Shown in pieces: positions 38,048 to 50,532 of a DNA stretch of 64,000 nucleotides; the stretch's first letter is position 1; the number at the start of each line of letters is the position of its first letter. The stretch is from Azolla caroliniana. Lineage: Eukaryota; Plantae; Polypodiophyta. The stretch is taken from positions 7,998,001-8,062,000 of the forward strand of contig JBHGNT010000010.1 in the NCBI GenBank assembly GCA_043228905.1, read 5' to 3'. Both the position numbers and the translations under genes were made by a program. The notes beneath the pieces were generated by a model. The model had not been told where the DNA came from. It searched no databases and saw only the letters and a program-made list of their open reading frames with translations.

Positions 38048-41000
38048 TCATGTGGGAGGAAATCTGTCAGTCCTGTATGTTTGTCGACAGACTCTGAGTC
38101 TTTCCATAGGTAGGTTCTTCGTCAGCATGTTGAATCCATTGTCGTCAGTATGGATCTTTTCGAGAGAAAACTCTCCTTCTTCGACTCTTTCCCGTAACCA
38201 GTGATACCTTCTCTGTATGTGCTTGGTCCGGGAATGGTACGTCGCATTCTTAGCTAGGTGTATGGTGCTTTGGCTGTCACAGTGAAGCAAGAACTCTTTT
38301 TGCTTCATCCCTAGTTCTGTGAGAAAATTCTCGTCTAGATTAGCTCTTTTCCGGCTTCTACCGTTGCCATATACTCTACTTCTGTAGTCAACAAGGCTAC
38401 AAACTTCTGCAGTCGTGACTACCATGACACTGCTCCCCCTACATAGGTCATCACGTACCCTGACGTGGATCGGCTCGAGTCGACATCTCCTGACATGTCC
38501 GAATCGGTAAAACCTTCCAGCACAGGTTTTCCGACACCATACCTTAGGCACACCCCCGAGGTGCCCTTTAAGTACCTGAGTATCCATTTCACCGCTGCCC
38601 AATGTTCTCTCCCTAGATTACTCATATATCGGCTTACTGCTCCCACAACAAATGTTATGTCCGGTCTCGTACAGACCATAGCATACATTAGACTACCGAC
38701 GGCTGAGGCATATGGTACCTTCTTCATCTCAGTCTTTTCCTTCTGCCCTTTCGGACACTGCTTCGCATTCAATCTGCAATTTTTCGGCAACACTGAGCCG
38801 ACCGGCTTTGTGTTCGACATGTTGAACCTCTCTAGGATCTTCATCACATACTTCTGTTGTGACAACCATAGCACCTTCCGAGCTCTGTCTTGAGTTATGT
38901 GCATCCCTAGGACCTGCTTTGCCGGTCCAAGGTCTTTCATGGCAAATGATTTGCCGAGTCTTGAACGACTATCAACATATCATCAACATATAGCAAGAGA
39001 ATCAAGAAATCTCCTTCCTCGTACCTTTTTACAAACACACAGTGATTAGCCAGTGTTTTCTGGAACCGATGTTCCATCATGAAGGACTCAAATTTCTTGT
39101 ACCATTGGCGTGGAGCTTGTTTCAAGCCGTACAAGCTTTTTCTCAGTCGACACACCAAATTCTCTTTCTCTTTCTCCTCAAAGCCTTCAGGTTGATGCAT
39201 GTAGATCTCTTCATCTAACTCCCCGTGCAGAAATGCGGTTTTGACATCCAACTGTTCAATCTTCAGGTCCAAACTGGCCGCAATGCTTAGAACAATTCAA
39301 ATGGATGTCATCTTCACGACTGGTGTGAATATTTCGTCAAAGTCAACGCCCTTTCTCTATTGGAAACCCTTCACCACTATGCGGGCTTTATACCTGGGCT
39401 TGTTGTCGACTTCTCCAGTCTTCACCTTGTAGACCCATTTATTCCTGAGTGCTCTCTTACCTTTCAGCAGCTCTATTAGGTCGTAGGTGTAATTCACATG
39501 CAAGGATTCCATCTCCTCTTGCATCGCGTTCAGCCATTTTTCTCTGCTCTCGTTGGCAGTGGCTTCTTCATAGCACTCCGGTTCACCGTCATCAATCAAG
39601 AGGATGTATTGACTGGCATATGTAGTCGGTGCTTTCCTTTCTCTGAGTGGGTATCTTCTTCCACTCATTGTTGGCTCTCTTTCGGATGTCTCTACCAACT
39701 CTTCTCTTTACTCGGGATTCTGTTCATCAATCGGCATCTCCAAGTTGGACAGCTCCAACTCATATTCCTCAATTGATTTTAGCAGGTCTGCCGACTCTTA
39801 CTCATAGTCTGTCGGTCTTTCCGAGTCGACTGACTCGGATTCGGCTCTATCGGCCAACTGTCTCCTTACAGCTGTCGGTGACGACTCACTTGGCCTTAAG
39901 TCGATAGTAGTCGAGGTTGACTGGGGAGTCGGTTCCGACATCTGTTGCTTCCAGTCTTCAATTGTCTTATCTTCAAGAAAGACGACATCCTGACTTCTCA
40001 CTACCTTCTTATCAACTAAGTTCCACAACCTGTAGCCGAACTCATCTTCCAAGTATCCCATGAATATGCATGCTTTCAACTTGATGTCGAGCTTTGACCT
40101 CTGATCCTTTGGTAAATGCATATACGCCAAGCATCCAAACACCCTCATGTGTTGGTAGGAGACATCCTTACCTATCCACACCCTTTGTGGGACATCACCC
40201 TTTAATGGCACTGAGGGAGACCTATTGATCAGATAAATAGTTGTGCACAACGCCTCAGCCCAATAGGATTTCAACAGTTTCACATGGGAGAGCATGCTCC
40301 TAACTCTCTCCATGATTGTTCGATTCATCCTCTCTACAAGCCCGTTCAACTCTGGGGTCTTTGGCACTGTGTATTCGATCCGAATACCTTGGCACTTGCA
40401 GTATTCCTCGAACTGCCCTTTGTACTTGCCACCGTTGTCGGCTTGGACAACCGTCAGTTTCCGACCCAACTCTCTTTCAGTTCTTGCCTGGAACTCCTTG
40501 AAAACCGACAGTACTTGATCCTTCGTCTTCAGTACGAAGGCCTATGTTTTCCGACTATAGTCGTCAATAAACATTACAAAGTATTGTCCACCTCGATGCG
40601 ATGGAGCATCCACATAGCACACGTCCGTGTGTACTAGTTCCAGTGCAGCTTCTCTTCTCCTCGGTGGTCTCGTGTGGAATGCCACCCTGTTCTGCTTTCC
40701 GACTAAGCAATCGACATACTTCTCTAGGTGCACTCCCTTGACTTCTAGTAGAAGTTTCTGGTCTGCTAACAGGTGCATTCCCTTCTCACTCATGTGGCCT
40801 AGCCTCTTATGCCATATCTCCCCTGCCGAGTTGGCTGCCATGTTTACTTCCGATTTGCACAGTCAGGCATGCATCATGTACAATGTGCCTTCTTTCTGTG
40901 CTCAGGCCACTATGAGATTTCCTTGGTAGAACTTCCACTTGCCATTCCGAAAGCTACCACTGTAGCCTTCCTCATCAAGCCTTCTAGTTGATATCAGATT

Positions 41001-41652
41001 CAACCTGATATCAGGAACGTGTCGAACATCCTTCAACGTTAGTCAACACCTTGTCGGCGTTGTTAAGCATACACTTCCGACTCCAATTATCTTGCATTCT
41101 CCACTATCACCCATCTTTACATAGCCATGATCCCCAGTTATGTAAGTCGAGAAATACTCTCTCGACGGAGTAATATGGAAGGATGCACCGGAATCAATCA
41201 CCCAAGTGCACTCTTCACTTGCAAGGTTTGCACTTGTCTATTCACAGATGAACATAAGTTCCTCATTGCTCGTAGCAATGGCCAAAGTGTTCTTTTCATC
41301 TGGAATCTTCCGCGGTTCGACATTATTTCCGACACTCTTGTCTTTCTTCATGTGTCAGCAATCCTTCTGGAAGTGTCCAAGTTTTCCACAATAGAAGCAC
41401 ACAGACTTACCTCTTGACTTCGATCTAGCGTGGGATTTGTCCGTTCACTATGGACTTCTTCTTCGCCGGTCTCTTCCTCTGTCCATATGTTGAGTCAGAT
41501 TTGACTCTGTTTGGGACAGGACTCCTTTGTCTTTCCTCCTTGCCTCCTCGTTTAGGATGTTTGTCTTCACCGTCTGTAAAGACAAGTTCTCTTCTTGACA
41601 GGAAGTGCTGAGAGTAATCACCAAGTTCTCCCAGCTTTCCGGTAGTGTGCAC
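38048..41652 (-). pseudogene. gag-pol: K gag(C-part)-pol
   Basis: WHKRLGHMSEKG, LVHTDVC, ADNGG, LLLYVDDML, GFTDSD..SRSTSGY. Confidence 0.9.
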
Positions 41653-44025
41653 TGTTGAGAAGCAAGCTCAACATTGTATGTGATGCTTATTAGGAAATAA
41701 GCTATAGTAGCTATTTAGCTACTTGTGAACATAAAGGAGAAACAACTAATTAGCTACTGACAGCTATTTAGCGACTGACAGTTAATTAGCTACTGACAGC
41801 TATTTAGCTGCATATATAAGTAACTTATTACTTAGGTAAAAAAAAGTAAGAGAGTAGGTAAGTAAGAAAATATACAGGAAGTAGAACTCTGAGAGAGAGA
41901 GTGAAGATAGAGAGGTAGAACTCAGAGAGTGAGAGTAGAAGAGAGAGACAGACGAGAGCAAGTAGAGCTCTGCGTGTAATGAAATAGAAGAAGTTTTTGG
42001 CTACTACAGAGGTAAGTCTCCTTCCCCCTTCCCTTCTGTGTTTGAGCACCAAACGATCTAGCACACCACGATCCGCCGCGCACATAAGAAGAGCCCAAGT
42101 GCCTTCTTCACGTTTTCTTAACATGGTATCAGAGCAAGTTGCTCATAAAGAAGAGTACAGAAGTGCATAGATCTGAGAAAGGTATTTCTCTGTTTGCTGA
42201 TCTGAATCAGAACGTTACTTGTTGAAGTAATCGTAGCATAAACCCTAGTTTGGAAGAGATAATGGCTGCAGAGAATGCGGGCCAAATAGTTACAGAGAAA
42301 CTAGATAAAAACAATTCCCGGCGTGGAAATTTAGAATGACAAATTTCCTGATGGGGAAAGGATACTGGGATTACATTGAAGGAGACCTAGAAGAGGCTTC
42401 GGAGATCCCAGAAGAAAATGCCACAGCAGCACAGATTAAAGCATTCAAAGATTGGAATCAAGGGGCAAGGAAGGTAATGCATTGGCTCTCACTTAGCATC
42501 TCAGATTCGATGCTTGGGCACATACAAGATGCTATGCTCCCAAAAGAATCTTGGGACAGTTTGGTAAAATTGTTTGCAGTAAACACAAAAGCTAGAAAGC
42601 TACAGTTGAAGACTGAGCTAAATACCTTAGAAAAAGGTAAGATGTCAATAAATGAGTATGCTTTGAAAATAAAGAGCATATGTGAATCACTTGCTTCTAT
42701 CAATGTAAAGATAGAAGATGATGATAAGGTAGAAATATGCTTGAGAGGCTTAGGACCTCAATACAAAAGCTTTAAAACCTCTATGCTTACAAGGGATAGT
42801 ATCCCAAGTTTTCCAGATCTGGTTTCAATGCTTGTAGTAGAAGAAAGGAATTAGATGGATGATGTAAATAAAGGAAATTTTGAGAATGAGGGGCAAGCCC
42901 TATATAATAGTGCTGGAAGAGGCCGAGGAAGAGGCCATGGAAAATTTGGCTCAGCAAGAACCAACAATAATGGTTATCAAGGAAGAGGACAACAAACCAT
43001 TAGAGGAAGAAACAACAATAGAGGCAGGGGGAGCAACCAAGGTAGAGGTAAGCAAACATATGTAAATGATGATGGCTGTTGGTATTGTGGAAAACCAGGC
43101 CACACACAGGTTGAATGTTACAAGAAGCAAAATGATGAGCAAAGAGGAAAGAGACAGCAAAATAACTATGCCCAAACTAGTGAAGATTGTGAAAAAGATG
43201 GTGCATTTGTGGTATAACATGAGATAGCAGCAGTGGCTGAAAGCTCACAGAAATGTAATGAAGAGTTTACATGGTATGTAGACTCGGGGGCATCTAACCA
43301 TATGATTGGACATGCAAACTAGTTTGAAAGGTTGAGAGAACCAGAGATTCCTGGCTATGTGCAGACGGGTGATAATAGTACTCACCAAATAGAACATGTT
43401 GGAGATATCCCATTGTGGGAAGAAAAAGGAAAGACTAAGTATATGTTGAATGTAATACATGTTCCAAATCTTGCTAAGAATCTGATTTCTGTTGGACAGA
43501 TAGTAGAGCAAGGTATGCAAGTAAAGTTTAAGCAAAGTGGATGCTATATAGAAAAGAATGGGAAGCTCATTGCAAAAGGAAAACGACAAGGAAGAATGTT
43601 TATTTTGGATGTTGACATGCCTAGACAGATTTCAACTATGTTTGCAAATGGAATGAGTGTAGTCTCAGATGTGGAAATGTGGCATAAAAGGATTGGCCAC
43701 ATAAGTATGCAAACCCTAAAGAATATGTTGAGAAAAGATGCAGTGGCTGGACTGCCAAAACTGAAAAATTGTGAAATGGGAAAGATATGTGAAGCATGTC
43801 AATATGGAAAGCAAAATAGGTTGTCATTCCCTCATGAAAGACATGTAAGTAAAAATTTGTTGGATTTGGTACATACGGATGTATGGGGACCAACTACGAA
43901 TGCATCTATCGGTGGCTGCAAATTCTATGTAACTTTTATTGATGATTGCTCAAGGAAAACATGGGTGTACTTCATGAAAGAGAAAAGTGAAGTGTTTGAA
44001 TGTTTTCGTAAGTTTAAATGCATGG
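41653..44025 (+). mobile_element. Element N: 5' half of an AT-rich Ale-like copia (LTR 41653-42123, PBS 42124-42135, gag-PR-IN start), truncated
   Basis: TGTTGAG...TTAACA then TGGTATCAGAGC; CWYCGKPGHTQVEC; LVHTDVWG; breaks off into K LTR sequence. Confidence 0.9.
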
Positions 44026-44216
44026 AGGGACTTGTTTCCACACATCATCATTATTATTATTACTATAATAATAATAGTCGAATCTTCAAACAATCGACTC
44101 ACTGTTTTCGACTCTTCGATTGTCAGCTTTCCTAACAGTCGGATCTTCCCTGTCATCGATTGTCGGCTTTCCGATCAATTGGTTCTTCCTCCCACTGGAG
44201 GGACATATTCCCAATA

Positions 44217-44245
44217 TCTTCTTCTTCTTCTTCTTCTTCTTCTTC
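44217..44245. repeat. (TTC)n microsatellite in J's integrase-RT linker
   Basis: About 9 units here; a shorter run at 22751-22767 on the other side of K. Confidence 0.9.
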
Positions 44246-46879
44246 GGTTTGGTTTCTTGTCCGTATCCGACCGGTTCGTCGAGTGTCATCCGGTTACCGG
44301 CCAACATTCGGTTTGCAACCGGGTAGGTCCTTGTGTCCTCAAACCGGTTTTCATTGGGTGATCCAGAGTTGATAATCTTCTTCTCCGACTCCCAGTCGGG
44401 AATGGTCTTGTCTTCCATGAAGACTATGTCCCGACTCCGGAACACCTTCTTGTCGACCAAATCCCACACCCAGTAACCAAACTCGTCATCGCCGTATCCA
44501 AGGAATATGCATGGTCGGGCCTTCGGATCTAACTTTGCTCTGTTGTCCTTCGCCACATGCACGTATGCGAGACACCCGAACACCTTCAAATGCCGGTAAG
44601 ATACATCTTTACCAGTCCATACTTTTTGAGGTGAGTCTCCTCCCAAGGGTATTGAGGGTGATCTGTTTATCACATAGGTCGTCGTCATCGTCAGTGGCTC
44701 AGCCCAAAACGTCTTGGGTAACTTGGCATGTGCAAGCATGCTCCGGACTCTCTCCATTATTGTCCAGTTCATCCTTTCGGCCAACCTATTTAGTTCCAGC
44801 GTCTTTGGCACGGTAAATTCGAGCCGGATTCCCTTCGACCGTCAATACTCCTCGAACTGCCCCCGGTATTCTCCTCCGTTATCTGCTCGAACCGCCTTTA
44901 GCTTCCGACCGGTTTCTCTTTCTACTCTCGCATGGAGCTCCTTGAAGACAGATAACACCTGATCCTTCGTCTTCAACGGTGAGACCCACAAATTCCAGTT
45001 GTGGTCGTCTATGAACGTCACGAAGTACTGCGATCCGGCATGTGACTTCGTGTCCACTTGACGCACATCGGTATGCGCCAGCTCTAGTGGTGCATTCCAT
45101 CTCATCAATGGTCTTGACCGAAAGGAGGTTCGGTTTTGCTTGCCGGCCAAGCAATCAAGTTGCACATCCTTCACCGGAATGAGGTTGTCTTCGGCAAGCC
45201 TCTTCATCCCCTTCTCACTCATGTGACACAGTCTTTTGTGCCACAGCTCACCGGCAGTGTCGGATGCCACATTCACTTCTTCCCAGCATATTCGGGCATG
45301 CATCAGGTACAGTGTGTTGACCTTCCGGGCTTGAGCCACTATTAGGCTCCCTTTGTTGAACTTCATGACTCCGTTCCGGATGCTACCCGTGTAGCCTTCA
45401 TCATCTAACGGCCGGCTAATATCAGGTTCAGTCGAACCTCCGGAACGTGTCGTACATCCTTCAACAGCAACTTGCATCCGATTGATGTCATCAACAACAC
45501 ATCTCCTATGCCGACAACTCGGCATGTAACTTCATTCCCCATCCGGACACAACCATGATCACCGGTTGTGTAGGATGAGAAGCATCTCTGGTCCGGTGTC
45601 AGGTGGAATGACGCTCCGGAATTGACAACCCACGTTGTCTCGTCGCCGACAAGGTATAACTCATTCTCTTTGGTAATGAGCATCAGTTCTTCTTCACTTG
45701 TCGCGATTGCCGATGTTCCCTTCTATTCCGGGCCTCTCCGGTCCGAACTCTTCTTCGAATCAGTGGTGTTGGTTTCTCTCTCTTTCCGGAAATGCCGACA
45801 ATTCTTCTAGAAGTGCCCCGGCTTCCCACAGTAGAAGCAAGTAGGCCTCCCCCTTGACTTCCACCTCGTCCCCGACTTGTCCCGGTTTTGGGGACTCCAA
45901 TACCGGCCTCTTCCCCGGTTGTGGTCATCTTTCGTGACCAAGGCCTTCGGATCGGTTCCGGACTCCCGGTCCTTCCGATGAACTTCTTCATCTAGCAAGC
46001 TTGATTTTACCCTTGCTAGGGACAATTGCTTTCCTTTCGGCCCGGCGTTGCCCAACGTGACAACTAGCGTCTCCAAACTATCCGGGAGGGAACCGAGCAG
46101 GAGTAATGCGAGTACCTCATCGGCAAGAGGTACTTCCAACGAGGTTGCTTGGTGGATCAGTCCCTGGAAGGCATTCATGTGCTCTGCCATACTGGAGCCG
46201 TCCTGGTACCGGAGCCTAACTAGCTTCCGGAATACCGAAACCCGATTAACAACATTCTTGTTCTAGAACATGATGCCGATCTTCTCCCAGAGTTCATGAG
46301 CCTTGCTCTCTTCATTGAAGTTGTTGTACAGGCTCATGTCGATGAAGCACCAGATGTATGCCATCGTCTTCATGTGCATCACCTCCCACATTGTGGCGTC
46401 GATCTTATCCGGTCTCTTGTCCCCAAACTAAACCAACAACCAAAGATCTTTGATGACCATCATATCCCTCATCTTCGACTTCCACATTGAGTAGTTGGAG
46501 CCAGTGAGCTTGAACATGCCGCCGAACGATTCTTCCATTTTCTGTGTTGTTCGCTCTAATACCAGATTGAAGAGAAAAGCGTGGAATATTGCTTGGCCAC
46601 AACCGAGTCTTGAATCACTTCGATGAGAATGAAACATAGAAATGGGAAGTGGAGAGTACACAAAGGAAATACATAGGATGTTTACGTGGAAAACCCAAAT
46701 AGGGAAAAACCACGGGAGCCCACAGACTCCAACTATCACTATAGGAGAAAGGTACAATCAAAACCTCGGAGGCAACGACCTCAAGCTCTGTATCTTCGCC
46801 AACCGGTGGTTACAACAGAGTATCTCTCTGTATCTCACACTCTCTCCCTCTTTGTCGCTCTCTATACAACATTTACAAC

Positions 46880-46975
46880 GGCCTGTCGGTTGTACCCTTT
46901 TTTCATCAGAATATACATATACATATACGCATTTGTCTCGTTCTCGTTGTTTCATTCGGTTGCGGTTTCTGTGTA

Positions 46976-47022
<47 letters not shown>

Positions 47023-47117
47023 AAGCACGGTTGCTCCTACTCTTGATCGGTTATTCCTTGGTCCAAGACCTCCGTGGTCCCGCCTCGTTCTATACGCACG
47101 CGCGTAACAACGCGACA
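46880..47117 (+). repeat. 3' fragment of an A/C-family LTR containing a (TG)22 microsatellite (46978-47021)
   Basis: GGTCCCGCCTCGTT..ACGCACGCGCGTAAC..CGCGACA matches the C LTR end. Confidence 0.82.
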
Positions 47118-48049
47118 ACGGGCTACCAGCGTGAAACGAAGGGCTCACAACACAATGACCTGAACAGACATAGAGAGAAAATAGAAGCCTACAAAGCTCG
47201 GTTTGGCATCACCTCCTCCTCAAAATCGTGGATCCCCTCTTCAGTCTTTTCTCGCTCCCTTTATAGCTCAAGGAGGGAGAGACTATTACATTAGATTGTT
47301 AAGACAACTGCCTTCAGTCCCTGATTTTCTCCTCGATTCACTCGCATCATATCTATAATTCCTCTATGTACGTGTGAGGTGAAAAGTACTTTATTAAATC
47401 ACACTACCTAATATTCAACACTCATAAGTATTTACATATGTTTGTACGTAAAGACTAGTTCGTGTGCATCCATGCACACCTGCGTTCACACGCATGCTAG
47501 CTGGAATCCTTCACGACATCCACCCCCACCAAACCACACATCCTCTAGCATGTGCCAAGTAGTGAAGCGGTGGGGATTCCAGCTTACTCTTCACTCGTCC
47601 TCCCCCGATCCGGTCTTCATTCGACTCATCGCCCTCACTGGCGTTTTCATCTTCGATCTCCCGATCCGGATCCCCTTCGTACCATTTCTTAAGGCCTTGA
47701 TCCGTTTCCCTACAACCGGTACTGTGATCCTCATTCACTCGAGCTCCACAAGGTGTTATGTCGCATTGTTGTTCGTGCTCGTCACCTCGTAAGGTCCAAA
47801 CCACCGCCTCGCAAATTTCCGGGCCGACCGGTGCTGGTTGTCGAGGCTACTATCGTAGACCAACACCCAATCGCCTTCCTTGATCTTCCTTAGCCGGAAT
47901 CAACGTGTCTGGTCGAACTGGCCCTTGTTCTTCTTCCGCGCCTCCACTATCCTTATCATCGCACGTTCAACGTCTTCCGACCTCTGCTTGAGTTGCCGGA
48001 TCCTCGCCACCAACAGTTCTTCCTGACTCATCTCCTCTGTCCAGTCGAC
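47118..48049 (-). mobile_element. Element Q: 3' remnant of an A/C-related gypsy (integrase tail, PPT 47519-47533, partial LTR to 47518)
   Basis: DWTEEMSQEELLVARIRQL; TTGGTGGGGGTGGA then TGTCGTGAAG on minus. Confidence 0.85.
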
Positions 48050-50532
48050 CAACATTGTTAGTGCCGCCTCCACAATTGACCAGTTCTTCCTTTCGGCCAC
48101 ACTGTTTTGTTCTGGTGTGTATTCGTAGCTGAATTCCCTCTGAATTCCTTTCTGTTGTAGATAACTATTGAATTGGCCGGAAAAGTATTCTTTTCCGCCA
48201 TCTGACTGCAGACACTTGATCTTCCTCTCCGTTTCCCATTCCACAAGGTTTTGTAGGTTCTAGAAATAGTCGAAAACTTCGCTTTTCCTTTCGATCGGGT
48301 AGATCCATGTGTGCCGATTGTAATTGTCGATGAAGGAGATGAAATATCGGCTCCCACCAAGACTAACATTCTGTGCCAGTCCCCATACATCCGAATGTAC
48401 TAGATCGAGCTTGTTACGGCTCTGATTTCTTTCGGTGGGGAACAGAAGCCGGTGTTGCTTCCCGAGCAGGCAAGCTTCACAAAATTGGGCCTTCCGGCCA
48501 CTGAATTTTGGCAATCGGAAAACAACCTATTTCGATTGCAGGTCTTGAAGCCTCTTATTTGACGTGGCCAATACGCTTGTGCCATAGGTCGATATCCAAT
48601 TTGACCTTCTGTCCTTTTGCGAACAAAGTGGTGCCGATGTCGTTTGTGTCGAGGATGAACATCCTCTCGTCCCGACGCCCTTGCACAATGACTTGGCCCT
48701 CTTCCTCGATGAAGCACCCGAGGTGCGTAAACGGCACCTGCATCCCCTGGTCGACGATCTGCTCGACCGACACCAGGTTCTTTGTGATTGTCGGGACGTG
48801 AAGCACATTCATAAGCTTCCCTTTTTGTCCAACATGACTCAAGGGAACTTCTCTAACATGCACGATCAGGTGAGGAGTGTCGTCTTCGGTTTCGACAACT
48901 CTCGGTTGCTCCGGCTTTTCCAAAAACGAGAACCACTCTTCATGGCTAGTCATGTGGTTTGATGCTCAAGAGTCAACATACCACACTTCCTCCAATCCGG
49001 AAGTAGTCTTCTTCATTGAGTTCACCTTCTGCTTCATTACAAAGGCTAGCCTTTTCCCGGTCTTACCAGTCTCGGATCCTTCTGATCCTTCTACGTAGTG
49101 CGAGCTTTGTCGATTCCCTTGTCTGGCCTTGCCGAATGTGAATTTATCTAAATTGTTGCGCTTCTTCTAGCACTCGTTCGCTTGGTGGCCCTTCTAACCA
49201 CAATACCAGCATTCTGTGTCGGCTTTCGATTGCTGGTTTCCAGCGCCGCCTTGATTCCCCTTGCTTGTGCATGGTCCGGAACTGTTGTCGGCACCATCTA
49301 TGTGCCTCCGATTCTGCTCTTGTCAACTGCCGATATTTCATGCCAACCCACCTCGTCCTCCACGCCCACGGGGCCGATCCGCCTCCGTGTACAACATCGG
49401 GTTGTCCGATTGAGTAGTCCTTAACCCACTCGCGTGGTTTTCTTCGACCATCAGCATTGATTGTAGGTCGAAGAACGGTGGTTTCTCCCGGATGCAAATT
49501 GTTGTCCGGATTGGCCCGTATCGATGTGCTAGACCACTGAGGCCATCTAGACCATCTCGTCCTCGTCCATCGTCACGTTGATGGAACCGAGCGCATCGCA
49601 GATCTCCTTGATCTTGGCGGTGTAGTCGATGACTGACATGTCTCGTTGCCGGATACTGTTGAACTCTTGTCAGAGCTGCAACTTCCGAGCTGTGGTACTT
49701 GCGACAAAAATCTTCTGGAGAATTTCCCAAGCCTCTTTTGGCATTTTTACATCCCTGATGTAGCCACGCATATGATCATGCACACAGGACGCGAGGCAAT
49801 ACAATACTCTGCTCGCTCCTTATTCCCATACCGAGAAGTCCTTTTGTGCCGAATCCGGCGCTACTACATTTGCTCCTTCCACGTAGCTCTAGAATCCGTG
49901 CCCCAACAGGTACTGTTCCACTTTATACGACCATGACGCATAATTGCTCCGATCGAGCTTTCCTGTTGGAAGCAAGCTCGCCATACTTTTGTCCATATCT
50001 TCCTTCTTTTTCGGTCTGTGCTTTTCCGGAAGTTATGGTTCATCTTTGGAAATTGCTTGTCGGCAGTAAAGGTTCTCAACCCTCTCGCTTTGATACCATG
50101 TCCAAGTTAATATGCATAAGTTTTGACAAACCGGATTATTTGGATAGCAACAGAAAACAAATACAAGGTTTAATGGAAGCTTGAATCACTAAAACAAAGA
50201 GCGGAAGAGACAGAGAGAGCAAAACAGTAAGCTTAATTCAAAATAATAATACTCTATATTTACAAATGTTCTACATAACACTTTTTATACCAATCCTTAA
50301 AAGGACTAATAAAACTACTAACAAGTACTTCAATGCTCATACGAGCGACTGACACTGACTCCCAAAACTATGCCTACGTACTAGGCTAGATTCATAGGCC
50401 TCTAACGGCCTACCAGTTCCAATCTGAACCGCCTCTCTAATCCGGCTCTTGGTTCCAGATACCGATCCGGATACTGATCCAGCTCTCGCTTATTCTGTCG
50501 ATCCGGATATGGTTGAGCTTGTCCGCTTAACA
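48050..50532 (-). mobile_element. Element R: 5' half of an Ale-like copia (LTR 50099-50532, PBS 50087-50098)
   Basis: TGTTAAGCGGACAAGCTCAAC start; TGGTATCAAAGC; gag-PR-IN similar to L. Confidence 0.9.

Larger units (their letters stand above)
22768..44216 (-). mobile_element. Element K: Tork/TAR-like copia; 3' LTR (22768-38033) carries L and E, gag carries N, 5' LTR reduced to 44022-44216
   Basis: LTR pieces 22768-23123, 28369-28555 and 37872-38033 rejoin; 44022-44216 duplicates its start; PPT 38034-38045; flanks TCTTT/TCTTC in J's (TTC)n. Confidence 0.85.
20491..46879 (-). mobile_element. Element J: Tork/TAR-like copia, same family as U, interrupted by K (22768-44216); 5' LTR truncated
   Basis: 3' LTR 20491-21061 plus PPT; RT/RH 21072-22767; gag-PR-IN 44217-46538; PBS 46553-46564; 5' LTR remnant 46568-46879 matches the 3' LTR. 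Confidence 0.9.

Noticed and set aside
44086-44811. ORF with a poly-lysine run
   Set aside because: Integrase remnant read through the (TTC)n microsatellite into K's LTR
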